A stretch of 64,000 nucleotides of DNA from Bacteroidaceae bacterium. Its GTDB lineage: Bacteria; Bacteroidota; Bacteroidia; Bacteroidales; Bacteroidaceae. Below are positions 39,512 through 49,728 of the stretch, piece by piece; positions within the stretch are counted from its first letter, which is position 1; every line of letters begins with the position of its first letter. Both the position numbers and the translations under genes were made by a program. Where the stretch lies: contig JAFXGX010000041.1 of NCBI GenBank assembly GCA_017536695.1, forward strand, positions 52,006 through 116,005, written 5' to 3'. Under the pieces are notes generated by a model, which was not told the DNA's origin, ran no database searches, and worked only from the letters and a program-made list of their open reading frames with translations.

Positions 39512-40681
39512 ATGTCACATATTTACCACATCATAATACCTGCATTATTGGCGTTTATCGGGACACTCTGGGTACATCCTAAAGTTCTCAAGATTGCCAT
39601 AATGAAGAACCTTGTCGACAATCCCGACGCCCGCAAGCTTCAGCGTAACCCGGTGCCGGTAATGGGAGGAATAGCCGTATTTTTTGGAATAATTATAGGT
39701 CTATGCTGTTCACAGACAATATTTGTCCGTTCCGACGTATTCCTGCTTATATCGGCAATGCTCATCATGCTGTATGTGGGCACCATTGATGACATTCTTA
39801 ACCTTAGCCCATACACACGCTTTTTTATAGAAATATTGATTGTGCTGTGGCTCATGTATGTCAACGAAGCCTCTATCAATTCACTTTGGGGACTTTGGGG
39901 CATTGACGCGTTGCTTCCCTCATGGCTGGCATGGCCACTGACCGTCTTTGCAGCAGTAGGTATAATAAACGCCATAAACCTGATTGACGGAGTAAACGGA
40001 CTATCATCGGGATTCTGTTTCATGGCTTCGGTTCTGTTCGCAATAATATTCTACAAGACCGGCAACGTCACCATGACAATCCTTGCTGTCTCAGCAGCCG
40101 GGGCTATTGTGCCGTTCTTCCTTCATAACGTGTTTGGAAATTCTACTAGGATGTTCATCGGCGACGGCGGCACATTGGTAATAGGAACCATGATGTCAAT
40201 ATTTGTCATCAACATCCTGCACTCCGGCTCTTCATGCGCACCTATAGTTTCAAAAGGTCTGGGCCTTGTACCAATGACACTCTCAATTCTGGCAATACCG
40301 GTCTTTGACACACTACGTGTGATGTCAATGAGAATACTGAGAGGAGCGTCCCCATTCCACCCCGACCGTACACACCTTCACCACATATTTCTGGAACTGG
40401 GATTCTCGCACGTAGGCGCAACAGTATCTATTCTCTCGCTCAACACACTTGTCATTGCGTCATGGTATCTCTCATATAAGTTCGGCGCATCGGTCAATGC
40501 ACAGCTATACATAGTACTTGCACTCAGTATAGCGGTCACATTCGTTTTCTACAAATTCGCGAGTACACAGATAAGGAGAAACGGCAAGGGGCTTAAGATG
40601 CTGAAGAGCATAGGCAAGAAGATGAACTTCGAGAAGAAAGGTTTCTGGCTTGTAGTACAAAGCTGGGTCGACAAACTATAA
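39512..40681 (+). CDS. MraY/WecA-family polyprenyl-phosphate hexosamine-1-phosphate transferase
   Basis: Start set at the ATG MSHIYHII (the ORF-track start at 39458 is TTG). DNPDARKLQ, GTIDDI and NLIDGVNGL motifs; about 10 TM segments. Confidence 0.85.
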   Translation: MSHIYHIIIPALLAFIGTLWVHPKVLKIAIMKNLVDNPDARKLQRNPVPVMGGIAVFFGIIIGLCCSQTIFVRSDVFLLISAMLIMLYVGTIDDILNLSPYTRFFIEILIVLWLMYVNEASINSLWGLWGIDALLPSWLAWPLTVFAAVGIINAINLIDGVNGLSSGFCFMASVLFAIIFYKTGNVTMTILAVSAAGAIVPFFLHNVFGNSTRMFIGDGGTLVIGTMMSIFVINILHSGSSCAPIVSKGLGLVPMTLSILAIPVFDTLRVMSMRILRGASPFHPDRTHLHHIFLELGFSHVGATVSILSLNTLVIASWYLSYKFGASVNAQLYIVLALSIAVTFVFYKFASTQIRRNGKGLKMLKSIGKKMNFEKKGFWLVVQSWVDKL

Positions 40682-40756
40682 TGCTGCCATAGCACATATA
40701 CGACAAAAGAGAACCGCAGAGGTTCTCTTTTGTCGTATAATAGCATTTCTGCAGAA

Positions 40757-42010
40757 TCAGTTATTCTCAAGTGAATAGCCAACCTCGCACACACCCACAA
40801 GCCTGTCGTACCTCTCACCGAATCCCCTATAATACAGGTATATCAGATACTCGTTCTCCGTATCGTACATATCGCCCTCGGCATGATATGTCTCTGCGAT
40901 GCCGCCACCATCGGGAAGCCATACATACATATAGTTATACAATCCCAACTTGAGCAGCTGTGTCGTATGATAGTATCCCTCCTCAGCGTCATAGTCAAGC
41001 CTGCTGACAGGAGAGAGCGCGTTGCCGCACATGTCACCGAGAAGATAGTAACTGCCACCTTCTTTATAAGGCACATCAAGCGCGAAATGCACATAAACGT
41101 AATCGGCCTCATTGGCAGAGCCATAGCCCTCGAGTGTATTCACATAGTAGCGTCCATTCTCATCAATATACGATGCGTGTGACACACGACGTTTATCCAT
41201 ATACAGCAATGCATGATACTCATCGCCATACCTCACCACCTCCTCGACATTCATCCCCGGATTATTCGGGTCGGTAAGCTCAAAGCGGCGATACTCGTTA
41301 CCCGCGTTGAAGATGAGCCTGCTGTTATGGAGATATTCGAGAGTATTTCCTGTCATATATGTAGGCTTTATCCCCCTGACGGCGTTGTCGCCCCTACGGT
41401 TCTGATAGACAACAGGCATAATCTCGCTCGAAGGCGAAGCTATATTCCAATTGGCATAATCGACCACAAACGACAGCTGCTGATGCCCTTCGTTCAAGGA
41501 TATGTCGGTATCTCCGCTGACCGATGCCGATATATGGAGTTTGGGTTCAACGACCGAGAAACAGAACTGCGCGACAGGAAACCCGCTCTCATCCTCATCA
41601 TCAAAAATCTCAACCCTGTAGTTTCCCGAGAGCAGGAGCGACACATTCTCGTTGGGCAAAGCAAACTGATAATTGGTATACAGTTGTGTCGTATTGACGG
41701 AATTCTCCCACTCCTCGACCGGTACATCATTGAACCCCTCGAGATACTCTATCTCATGCAAATCGGATGGGGTCCAATCCTGATTGCAATGGGTAATGCG
41801 ATATGTAAAGCGATGATAGGCATGCGACATCTCATCGAACGAGAACAGCATGATATCATCACTGCCGAGAGTCATAACAGGCAGAGCGCCCCACTCGCCG
41901 TTCAGCTCCATGCGTAACGAACGCACACTGGGAGCATTGGCATGCATGAACTGAGCGCCACTTGCCAAGGGCAGCAGAGAGAGCAGCATTACATATATAA
42001 TCTTCATCAA
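40757..42010 (-). CDS. DUF5103 / T9SS plug-protein-like secreted protein
   Basis: Signal peptide. SLRMELNG, YRITHCNQDWTPSDLHEIEYLEGFN and LLLSGNYRVEIFDDED match my memory of the DUF5103 family (N-terminal domain of the T9SS plug protein). Confidence 0.65.
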   Translation of the reverse strand: MMKIIYVMLLSLLPLASGAQFMHANAPSVRSLRMELNGEWGALPVMTLGSDDIMLFSFDEMSHAYHRFTYRITHCNQDWTPSDLHEIEYLEGFNDVPVEEWENSVNTTQLYTNYQFALPNENVSLLLSGNYRVEIFDDEDESGFPVAQFCFSVVEPKLHISASVSGDTDISLNEGHQQLSFVVDYANWNIASPSSEIMPVVYQNRRGDNAVRGIKPTYMTGNTLEYLHNSRLIFNAGNEYRRFELTDPNNPGMNVEEVVRYGDEYHALLYMDKRRVSHASYIDENGRYYVNTLEGYGSANEADYVYVHFALDVPYKEGGSYYLLGDMCGNALSPVSRLDYDAEEGYYHTTQLLKLGLYNYMYVWLPDGGGIAETYHAEGDMYDTENEYLIYLYYRGFGERYDRLVGVCEVGYSLENN

Positions 42011-42027
42011 AACCCGCTATTTTTAAC

Positions 42028-42035
42028 GCGAAGAT
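42028..42035 (-). promoter_or_regulatory. -7 box variant TAtcTTCG (minus strand) for the DUF5103 gene
   Basis: Plus strand reads cgaagata, 18 nt upstream of the ATG at 42010. Confidence 0.45.
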
Positions 42036-42089
42036 AATCATTAATAAATAATATTGCTGTATATTTACATAATTTATGTTTTAAGCAAG

Positions 42090-42962
42090 ATGATGAGGAG
42101 CATAACGATAACTCTGCTAACACTGTTTTCTGTATTCGCCGCTGCACAGGAGAGCATATACGAAAAGAGCGACAGCATTGCCATTGAGAGAATTATTAAG
42201 AAACACTCGGCAACAGGATACGGCTCCACTGGGGAGCTTGCCCTTGCTGTGGCTCAAGAGTTCATCGGCAAGAAGTATGTTGCCGGCACACTGGAGAACG
42301 GCAAAGCAGAGCCGCTTTACGTGAGTTGCGACAAGTTCGACTGCACGACATTCGTGGAACTTGTCACCGCCATTACAATAAGCATAAGACACAACGATAA
42401 GAGATTCGGCGATGTATGCATGAACCTTGAAAGGGTGCGTTACCGCGGTGGCGTGCGCGACGGGTACGCAAGCAGACTGCACTATACAAGCTGGTGGATT
42501 GAAGACAACACATCCAAAGGCATAATCAGAGAAATCACAGAAGAGTGCAACCACAGATCCAGGACTTTGAATCTCTGCTTCATGAGCAAGCACCCCGGGA
42601 GTTATCCGCTGCTCAAGGAAGATACTCTGATGCAGAAGAGTATAGAAGAACTTGAGAAACCGTTCAGAGACACAAAAAGCAGTTATATCCCTAAAGAGTA
42701 TCTGAACGACAAGGGCAAAATCAAGCATATCAGGAATGGTGATATCATTGCGTTGGTCACCACTATTGACGGCCTTGACATATCACATGTTGGATTCGCC
42801 TTTTGGGAAGACGGCAGGCTCCACCTGCTGCATGCGTCAAGCGGAAAAGGGGAAGTAATCATGGATTCTACGCCATTGTACGAATACCAGAGAAACAAGA
42901 GTAAACAGATTGGAATAAAGGTTATGAGAATAACCTCAGATACATATAATCAAAAAAAATGA
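42090..42962 (+). CDS. DUF1460 (N-acetylmuramoyl-L-alanine amidase-like) secreted protein
   Basis: Start at the ATG MMRSITITLLTLFSVFAAAQ (signal peptide). CDKFDCTTFVE, LHYTSWW and DISHVGF motifs. Confidence 0.7.
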   Translation: MMRSITITLLTLFSVFAAAQESIYEKSDSIAIERIIKKHSATGYGSTGELALAVAQEFIGKKYVAGTLENGKAEPLYVSCDKFDCTTFVELVTAITISIRHNDKRFGDVCMNLERVRYRGGVRDGYASRLHYTSWWIEDNTSKGIIREITEECNHRSRTLNLCFMSKHPGSYPLLKEDTLMQKSIEELEKPFRDTKSSYIPKEYLNDKGKIKHIRNGDIIALVTTIDGLDISHVGFAFWEDGRLHLLHASSGKGEVIMDSTPLYEYQRNKSKQIGIKVMRITSDTYNQKK

Positions 42963-42968
42963 CATATT

Positions 42969-44018
42969 ATGAGAATATTGCTGTTCTGTGAAAACAAGTA
43001 TGCCTTTGACATTCTCATGCCCATCCAGGAAGAGGCCGAGAGAGAAGGCGGCAACGAAGTCATGTGGTATGTACATCCAAAAAAGATAAAGGAGTTCCCT
43101 TACAGCAAATGGGCAAAATGGAGCAACGACATTCAAGATGCCTATGATTTCGCGCCCGAGGCCATATTCTGTCCTGGGAACATAGTGCCATATTACCTCC
43201 CTGGAGTCAAGATACAGGTCTTTCATGGCTATGCAGGAGAGAAGAAGGGACACTGGATTATAAGGCATTACTTTGACACATACTTTACCCAAGGCCCGCA
43301 TTTCACAAAGGGTTTCAAGAGGCTTGCCGAAAAATACGGCGATTTCGAGGTGCTGGAGACGGGATGGTCAAGACAGGATTGGGTATACAGGCACCGGAAC
43401 GATTTTGCCGATGAGAAAGCCGATATACTGAAGAAACATGGAAGGGAGAAGATTGTGCTCTATGCCCCGACATTCTCGCCATCGCTGACATCGTTGCCAA
43501 TAATGAAGGAGGCGCTTGTAGAGCTTGTAGAAAAGAAGGATTGTGTTGTAATCATCAAGTTACATCCGCTGACCAAGGAAGAGTGGATTGCGGAATACAA
43601 GGAACTTGCCGGAAAGCACGAACATATAATATGGACCGACGATTTCTCGGTTGCCAAGTACCAGCTCATGGCCGACATCATGATAAGCGACACATCATCG
43701 ACCATATACGAGTTCCTGCTCAAGGACAAGCCCGTAATCACATACAATGCATCTGCAAAGAGCATCTACTGGAAAGACATCAACGATGTCGCCGAATTGT
43801 GCGACGCATACGAAGAGGTACAAGGAGAGAAATACACCGTGCTGCGCAAATGGATTATAGAGAACTACGACCCATACAATGACGGCAAGGTTGCCCACCG
43901 CATGCTCGAAGGTGCACGCGATTACATACGCAGGCATGGTGTTCCCGAAAAGAGGAAACTCAATCTGTGGCGCAAGTACACCAGTATAAAGACATTCGGA
44001 CGCATCAGAAAGAGATAA
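42969..44018 (+). CDS. CDP-glycerol glycerophosphotransferase (TagB/TagF) family protein
   Basis: 349 aa. KIVLYAPTF, ISDTSSTIYEFLLKDKPVITY and DPYNDGKVAHR are typical of the Glyphos_transf family. Confidence 0.7.
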   Translation: MRILLFCENKYAFDILMPIQEEAEREGGNEVMWYVHPKKIKEFPYSKWAKWSNDIQDAYDFAPEAIFCPGNIVPYYLPGVKIQVFHGYAGEKKGHWIIRHYFDTYFTQGPHFTKGFKRLAEKYGDFEVLETGWSRQDWVYRHRNDFADEKADILKKHGREKIVLYAPTFSPSLTSLPIMKEALVELVEKKDCVVIIKLHPLTKEEWIAEYKELAGKHEHIIWTDDFSVAKYQLMADIMISDTSSTIYEFLLKDKPVITYNASAKSIYWKDINDVAELCDAYEEVQGEKYTVLRKWIIENYDPYNDGKVAHRMLEGARDYIRRHGVPEKRKLNLWRKYTSIKTFGRIRKR

Positions 44019-44021
44019 TAC

Positions 44022-44058
44022 AAGTGGGTGACCCAAAAGTAAAATGGGTCACCCACTT
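44022..44058 (+). terminator. Hairpin after the TagF-like gene
   Basis: aagtgggtgaccca aaagtaaaa tgggtcacccactt: a perfect 14-bp stem. Confidence 0.7.
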
Positions 44059-44063
44059 TGTAG

Positions 44064-44264
44064 GGAGGTTGGATAAAAAGAGCTATTTTTAGGCTTGCGA
44101 AGCCCGAAAAAACGCAACCGACGCTGTAATGCGAGAGCAGAGAGTGCTCGCATTCTATGCCGAGCTACGAGGAGGAAAAGCCACTTAGTGGGTTAATTTA
44201 CTAAGCGTAAATGAGTATTTTTCGGGCAAGCGTAACAACAAAAGAGCCTTTTTAGTCAGCCTCC
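44064..44264. repeat. ~200-bp element bounded by imperfect ~48-bp inverted repeats, with an internal 8-bp hairpin (MITE-like element or structured RNA)
   Basis: Collinear complementary blocks: ggagg/cctcc (44064-68 / 44260-64), taaaaag/cttttta (44074-80 / 44248-54) and cccgaaaaa/tttttcggg (44103-11 / 44218-26). Central hairpin aatgcgag...ctcgcatt at 44128-44154. Confidence 0.6.
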
Positions 44265-44287
44265 TGTAATCATTCTTATGCAGTCGA

Positions 44288-44977
44288 TTATTCCAACGCG
44301 CCGTTGCTTGCAGCGTTAATCATCGCCTCGCTTGCATAGAGGTAAATCTCGACGCGACGGTTCTCGGCACGGCCGACAGCAGTTCTATTATCGGCAACCG
44401 GTTCCTTTGAACCCTTACCGATGACACTCTTTATCTGTGTTGGAGCTACACCCTGAGAAAGGAGGTAGTCAGCAACTGCATTTGCACGGTTCACAGAAAG
44501 CGGGTCATTGATTGCATCTGTACCTGTTGAATCGGTGTGGCCGAAGATTGCGACGTCAGCATCATTGAACTCGATGAGAACCTTTGAGAAATCGCGGAGG
44601 TCAGACATCGCATTTCTCTTAAGGTTATACTTGTTTGTATCGAACATAAGACCAGAGTTGAATGTAACCTTGACAGCTGTAAGGTCATTTGCATCCTTCA
44701 CAGTCTCTACCTTCGCATTCTCAATCTCTGCGGCCGCTGCTGCAGCCTTGTCCATTCTCTTGCCGATGATTACGCCGGCACCTGTACCAACAGCAGTACC
44801 AACAGCAGCACCTACAGCTGTATTACCGGCCAACTTGCCGATGAGAGCACCGAGAGCAGCACCACCTGCAGCACCTATAACACCACCCTTGGCAGTGTTG
44901 TTCCAAGTTGCACAACCGGTCATAAGCATTGTTGCACTGAGCAATACACAAATTGATTTTACTAAATTTCTTTTCAT
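44288..44977 (-). CDS. OmpA-family lipoprotein with a glycine-zipper segment
   Basis: Start at MKRNLVKSICVLLSATMLMTGC (lipobox). A Gly/Ala zipper GGVIGAAGGAALGALIGKLAG. C-terminal OmpA_C motifs (FDTNKYNL, GHTDSTG, NRRVEI). Confidence 0.85.
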   Translation of the reverse strand: MKRNLVKSICVLLSATMLMTGCATWNNTAKGGVIGAAGGAALGALIGKLAGNTAVGAAVGTAVGTGAGVIIGKRMDKAAAAAAEIENAKVETVKDANDLTAVKVTFNSGLMFDTNKYNLKRNAMSDLRDFSKVLIEFNDADVAIFGHTDSTGTDAINDPLSVNRANAVADYLLSQGVAPTQIKSVIGKGSKEPVADNRTAVGRAENRRVEIYLYASEAMINAASNGALE

Positions 44978-45118
44978 AACTATAAATATTTTAAGTAATA
45001 CTTCAAGCAATCATAGGAACAAAAGCGGAGCCGATAAAGATTCGCAGAATACTCATTCTCAAATCCAGCCCTTGTAGATACACAACAAAAATAACATTTT
45101 ACCGCCCCCCTTTCTATG

Positions 45119-45126
45119 CAAAGTTA
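45119..45126 (-). promoter_or_regulatory. -7 box TAacTTTG (minus strand) for the OmpA-family gene
   Basis: Plus strand reads caaagtta, about 142 nt upstream of the ATG at 44977. Confidence 0.35.
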
Positions 45127-45230
45127 ATCAATAATAAGCGAATTTGAGCAAAACTTGTCAAAATTTATGTAAGTGTAAAGAAAAAAGCACAAAGGAGCAT
45201 CCCATATTCGGCGTTTACAATAAATTTTTG

Positions 45231-45238
45231 TACTTTTG
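45231..45238 (+). promoter_or_regulatory. -7 box TActTTTG for proS
   Basis: tacttttg lies 71 nt upstream of the ATG at 45309. Confidence 0.45.
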
Positions 45239-45308
45239 CACTAAACTGCAAAAGCAGCACATTCCGAGGATTTCGGGAACTTTTTTTGGAAATTATAAAA
45301 TCTAAGAT

Positions 45309-46787
45309 ATGGCAGAGTTAAAAGAACTTACAAAACGCAGCGAGAGCTACTCGCAGTGGTATAACGACCTCGTGCTCAAGGCAGACCTCGCCGAGCAGTC
45401 ACCCGTTAGAGGATGTATGGTAATCAAGCCTTACGGCTATGCAATCTGGGAGAAGATGCAGAGAGTACTTGATGACATGTTCAAGGAGACAGGACACCAG
45501 AACGCATATTTCCCATTGCTCATCCCGAAGTCATTCCTCAGCCGCGAGGCGGAACACGTGGAAGGTTTCGCAAAGGAGTGCGCCGTAGTGACACACTACC
45601 GTCTGAAGAACGCCGAGGACGGCAGCGGTGTTGTGGTTGACCCTGCAGCAAAGCTCGAGGAGGAGATGATTATACGCCCAACGTCTGAGACCATCATATG
45701 GAGTTCATACAAGAACTGGATACAGTCGTACCGCGACCTTCCTATCAAGATTAACCAGTGGGCGAATGTAATGCGCTGGGAGATGCGCACACGTCTGTTC
45801 CTGCGTACAGCCGAGTTCTTGTGGCAGGAGGGACACACTGCACACGCCACAAAGGAGGAGGCCGAGGAGGAAGCACGCACAATGCTCCACGTATACAACG
45901 ACTTCGCCAACAACTACATGGCGTTGCCCGTAGTTATGGGCGTGAAGAGTGCGAACGAGCGTTTCGCCGGTGCCCTTGACACATACACCATCGAGGGTAT
46001 GATGCAGGACGGCAAGGCTCTGCAGTGCGGAACATCACACTTCCTTGGACAGAACTTCGCAAAGGCATTCAACGTGCAGTTCGTCGACAAGAGCAATATC
46101 CTTGACTATGTATGGGCTACATCGTGGGGTGTTTCTACACGTCTTATGGGTGCGCTCATCATGACCCACTCCGATGACAACGGCCTTGTATTGCCGCCGG
46201 CACTTGCGCCTATCCAGGTTGTCATTGTACCAATATACAAGAACGAAGAACAGCTCAACATAATCAAGAGCAAGACCGACCCGATGATTGCAGAGCTGAA
46301 GAAGCTCGGCATAACCGTAAAGTTCGACGATGCCGACAACAAGCGCCCGGGCTTCAAGTTCGCCGAGTACGAGCTCAAGGGTGTACCAGTACGTCTTGTG
46401 CTCGGTGCACGAGACATTGAGAACGGCACAATCGAGGTCATGCGCCGCGACACATTGACAAAGGAGACACGCGAGATTGAGGGTATCGTAGAGCACGTTA
46501 AGCAGCTGCTCGATGACATACAGAAGAACCTTCATGCAAAGGCACTTGCCATGCGAGAGGCATGCACACGCAGCGTCGACACATACGAGGAGTTCAAAAC
46601 CGAGATTGAGAAGGGTGGATTTATCCTCGCACACTGGGACGGCACACCCGAGACAGAGGAGCAGATAAAGAACGAAACAAAGGCAACAATCCGTTGTATA
46701 CCGTTGGGCTGGGATGAGACCCCGGGCACATGTATGGTAACAGGCAAGCCTTCAGCACGCAGAGTACTCTTTGCAAGAGCATATTGA
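45309..46787 (+). CDS. proS: Proline--tRNA ligase (archaeal/eukaryote-like class II type)
   Basis: 492 aa. [20 protein letters not shown] and [16 protein letters not shown] motifs. No bacterial-type INS editing insertion. Confidence 0.92.
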   Translation: MAELKELTKRSESYSQWYNDLVLKADLAEQSPVRGCMVIKPYGYAIWEKMQRVLDDMFKETGHQNAYFPLLIPKSFLSREAEHVEGFAKECAVVTHYRLKNAEDGSGVVVDPAAKLEEEMIIRPTSETIIWSSYKNWIQSYRDLPIKINQWANVMRWEMRTRLFLRTAEFLWQEGHTAHATKEEAEEEARTMLHVYNDFANNYMALPVVMGVKSANERFAGALDTYTIEGMMQDGKALQCGTSHFLGQNFAKAFNVQFVDKSNILDYVWATSWGVSTRLMGALIMTHSDDNGLVLPPALAPIQVVIVPIYKNEEQLNIIKSKTDPMIAELKKLGITVKFDDADNKRPGFKFAEYELKGVPVRLVLGARDIENGTIEVMRRDTLTKETREIEGIVEHVKQLLDDIQKNLHAKALAMREACTRSVDTYEEFKTEIEKGGFILAHWDGTPETEEQIKNETKATIRCIPLGWDETPGTCMVTGKPSARRVLFARAY

Positions 46788-46867
46788 TAACATTGGAACA
46801 GTGGTGACCGCAAGAGGAGCATTGCAGCCCCTCACGGTCACCTTTTCTTTTTCAAACAATAATCATC

Positions 46868-48625
46868 ATGTCAAACATACTCATTGCCCTGGCATTGTGG
46901 GGCATCGCCTTCGCAGTGTACACATGCTGCAACAAAGGCCTACCGCGCAACTGCGTAAGACAGCAGTTCCGCAGATACCTGATTGCAACCATTATCGCAT
47001 CGGTTCCTGTAGCCATAACCGGTACAGACGTGTGTCAACCGGCCATAATGGCGGCAGGTATCACATCCTTGGCATGGATTGTCACCTATCCGTTGCTCTA
47101 TCATCTGTCGAACAGACGCACGTCGACCGAATACGACAACCAGATTGACCCGGCCTTCGGGATATACCTCTACGGTCTGCTGACTGGTGCGCTTGTCACA
47201 ATACCTTATTCGGTATACCTGGTAGCCCTGTTAGAGACAGCTCTCTTTGCCATACCGGTAACAATGTGGGGATACTATTTCCTATCGGGAGAGTGTGTCG
47301 ACATCAATGACATGAAGACACTGCAACAAACAGACAAGCATGAGGTTGCGGAGTTCTTCGTATCGTGGAAGGCACGCTTTGCCGTGCTTGGCATAGTTTT
47401 ACTCACAGTACTGTTCATTTCAATGAGCATTGCCACCGAATTTAGTACAGGCATACAGGAGTGGTGGCAGACCGCCATTGCTGCAGCTGCGGCTCTCTTC
47501 ATCGCCGTGTATCTGTGGAAGCCACAGAGAGGCCTTTTCTCAAGGACCGGCATCGCGGTACTTTACCGTTCGGTAAAAGAGTATGTAGCACAGAACAAGA
47601 GATACAAGAGCGAGGCAGAGGAGCGCATAAAGAACCTGAACGTTACGCCCACAGCCAAGCCTTTCAAGAAGCCATCGACAATAATGTTTATCCTGGGAGA
47701 ATCGGCCACACGTGACTATATGAGTGCATTCAGCGACACAAAGGTAGACACCACCCCTTGGATGCGCACCATGCTTGAGGATGAGCGGCACTGCACCGCC
47801 TTTCCCAATGCATACAGCTGCCATGTGCGCACGGTACAGGTGCTCGAGAAGTCACTGACCGAGTTTAACCAGTATGACGGCGGCGAGTTCTTCAGTTCAT
47901 GCTCAATTGTCGACATCGCCCACAAGCTCGGCATGAAGGTACACTGGTACAGCAACCAGGGTTACGTAGGCGATGTAGACACCCCTGTAACGCTTGTAGC
48001 CAACACATCGGACGTTGCAAAATGGACAATGCAGGAGAAAGCGAACCAGAAACCCCCATACGACGAAGTTCTGCTTGACTACCTCGATGAACTCGACCCA
48101 ACGAAGGACAATTTCCTTGTACTGCACCTCAAAGGCAACCACTTCAACTTCATCAACCGCTACCCCGAAGATTGCCGCATGTGGGGAAAGGCCGAGGAAT
48201 ATGACAATGTAACCGAGTTCAACAACTCGTTGCACTACACCGATGCCACAATCAAGCGTTTCTTCGAGTATTCAAAAGAACATCTGAACCTTCAGGCGAT
48301 GGTATACATGTCCGACCACGGATGTACACCGACCAACTCACGCCGACGTGTACCCAGCGACTTTGTCAACTCGCGCATCCCGCTCATGACGTGGCTGAGC
48401 GATGAGTACATCGACATACATCCCGAAAGGGTTGCCGCGCTAAAGAGCAACAGCAACAAGTATTGGACAAACGATCTTTTCTATGAACTGATGTGCGGAA
48501 TATTCGACATCGAAAGCGACCACTTCAACAAGAAGAACTCCCTTGCGCACGCAGACTACTGCCACACAAGAGAGAGCCTTACAATAATGGAGGGAGAAAT
48601 CAAACTTACCGAAGACAACGGATAA
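46868..48625 (+). CDS. Phosphoethanolamine transferase (sulfatase-fold, EptA/EptB-like) membrane protein
   Basis: About 5 N-terminal TM segments, then a sulfatase-like domain (MFILGESATRDYMS, HLKGNHFNF, YDNVTEFN, VYMSDHG). Confidence 0.75.
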   Translation: MSNILIALALWGIAFAVYTCCNKGLPRNCVRQQFRRYLIATIIASVPVAITGTDVCQPAIMAAGITSLAWIVTYPLLYHLSNRRTSTEYDNQIDPAFGIYLYGLLTGALVTIPYSVYLVALLETALFAIPVTMWGYYFLSGECVDINDMKTLQQTDKHEVAEFFVSWKARFAVLGIVLLTVLFISMSIATEFSTGIQEWWQTAIAAAAALFIAVYLWKPQRGLFSRTGIAVLYRSVKEYVAQNKRYKSEAEERIKNLNVTPTAKPFKKPSTIMFILGESATRDYMSAFSDTKVDTTPWMRTMLEDERHCTAFPNAYSCHVRTVQVLEKSLTEFNQYDGGEFFSSCSIVDIAHKLGMKVHWYSNQGYVGDVDTPVTLVANTSDVAKWTMQEKANQKPPYDEVLLDYLDELDPTKDNFLVLHLKGNHFNFINRYPEDCRMWGKAEEYDNVTEFNNSLHYTDATIKRFFEYSKEHLNLQAMVYMSDHGCTPTNSRRRVPSDFVNSRIPLMTWLSDEYIDIHPERVAALKSNSNKYWTNDLFYELMCGIFDIESDHFNKKNSLAHADYCHTRESLTIMEGEIKLTEDNG

Positions 48626-48645
48626 GTGAAGATTAAGGAAAACAA

Positions 48646-48689
48646 GACAAAAAAATAACGAAGCTGTGATGCCTCGTTATTTTTTTGTC
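48646..48689. terminator. Bidirectional hairpin between the PEtN transferase (+) and the GT10 gene (-)
   Basis: gacaaaaaaataacga...tcgttatttttttgtc: 16-bp arms with A7/T7 runs. The right arm reaches the GT10 stop codon. Confidence 0.7.
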
Positions 48690-49728
48690 AATAGAGTGAA
48701 TTCTTGTTGAACAGCCTGCTAAAGAAACGGCGCACCTTGAATATGTTGCGCTTGATCATATAATTATACACATTATGCAGGCTATGCATCGAGTTGCATG
48801 GTTTTATAGTAACCCTGCGACGCGGAAGAGATGGATCCATGTCATCCATTATGCGCGCAAGATAATTGAAAAGGTTATACTCATCAAGGACTTTGTCCTT
48901 ACACTCCTTGAGCAACGGCTTGGCCTTTTCATACGCATCCTCTGCCAAGAGCCTGTCGATAACCTTGACAGCGCCATCGAAATCATTGATATCTATCGTG
49001 CTGTATGACCCTTCGGGGAAATAGTCACCAATATTGGTACATCCATAGTAAATAGGATAGGACTCGCATATAAAACTGTCGGCAAGTTTTTCGGTCCAAT
49101 AATACTTTGCCCTGGTATTCTCTATTACAATATGATATTTGTAAGGGGCAACGACATCGCATTTGTCCTCAAAGCCATTATAGCCACGTCCGAAGACATC
49201 TATCTTGTCGCCATAATATTCCTTAAGGCGTTCCACGAAGCGTATTCTGTCAACATGCCCTTTTGTAAAGGCCTTTACAGAACTCACTACCGAGATGAGT
49301 TTTTTCTTCTCGGGGGTCGGCGCTGCCTTCAGATAATCATAGTCCTTAATAGGAGATGGACACCCTTTACTGTCAAAGCGTACACCGGCAAACCAGAAGA
49401 TGATGGCTTGGGTGAACTTCACATTCTTGTGTTTGAGGTTCTCCTGACATGAGCACACCAACCCGAACTGCCTGCAATAGTCGCGCGGGTAAGCCAACAC
49501 TGAGTACGGCTCACTTGTGGTAAGTATGAGATTCTCGGGGGCAACGTTGAAAGTAAGAGGTTTCTTGAATGACTTTCCCCTGACAATAACAAAGTCGGGG
49601 TCATCTATCTTCTCGTTGACATAGAACTGATACTTTCCGCAATCAGAGACTCCTTTTCCGCCTTTTGTCTGCGACAGAATCCAGCGGCCGCTATCCTTAG
49701 CGCCGCTTATGAGTAATACCTTATACAT
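48688..49728 (-). CDS. Glycosyltransferase family 10 (alpha-1,3/4-fucosyltransferase-like)
   Basis: Start set at MYKVLLISG (ATG 49726-49728), which overlaps the upstream gene stop by 8 nt. YKYHIVIENTRAKYYWTEKLADSFICESYPIYYG matches the FucT motif (YKF.L.FEN....Y.TEK). Confidence 0.75.
   Translation of the reverse strand: MYKVLLISGAKDSGRWILSQTKGGKGVSDCGKYQFYVNEKIDDPDFVIVRGKSFKKPLTFNVAPENLILTTSEPYSVLAYPRDYCRQFGLVCSCQENLKHKNVKFTQAIIFWFAGVRFDSKGCPSPIKDYDYLKAAPTPEKKKLISVVSSVKAFTKGHVDRIRFVERLKEYYGDKIDVFGRGYNGFEDKCDVVAPYKYHIVIENTRAKYYWTEKLADSFICESYPIYYGCTNIGDYFPEGSYSTIDINDFDGAVKVIDRLLAEDAYEKAKPLLKECKDKVLDEYNLFNYLARIMDDMDPSLPRRRVTIKPCNSMHSLHNVYNYMIKRNIFKVRRFFSRLFNKNSLY

Noticed and set aside
45259-45290. 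Attenuator-like hairpin plus T7 run in the proS leader (ttccgaggatttcgggaa cttttttt)
   Set aside because: The stem is only 4-5 bp with a bulge, which is too weak to call a terminator. T-box leaders are not expected in this phylum.
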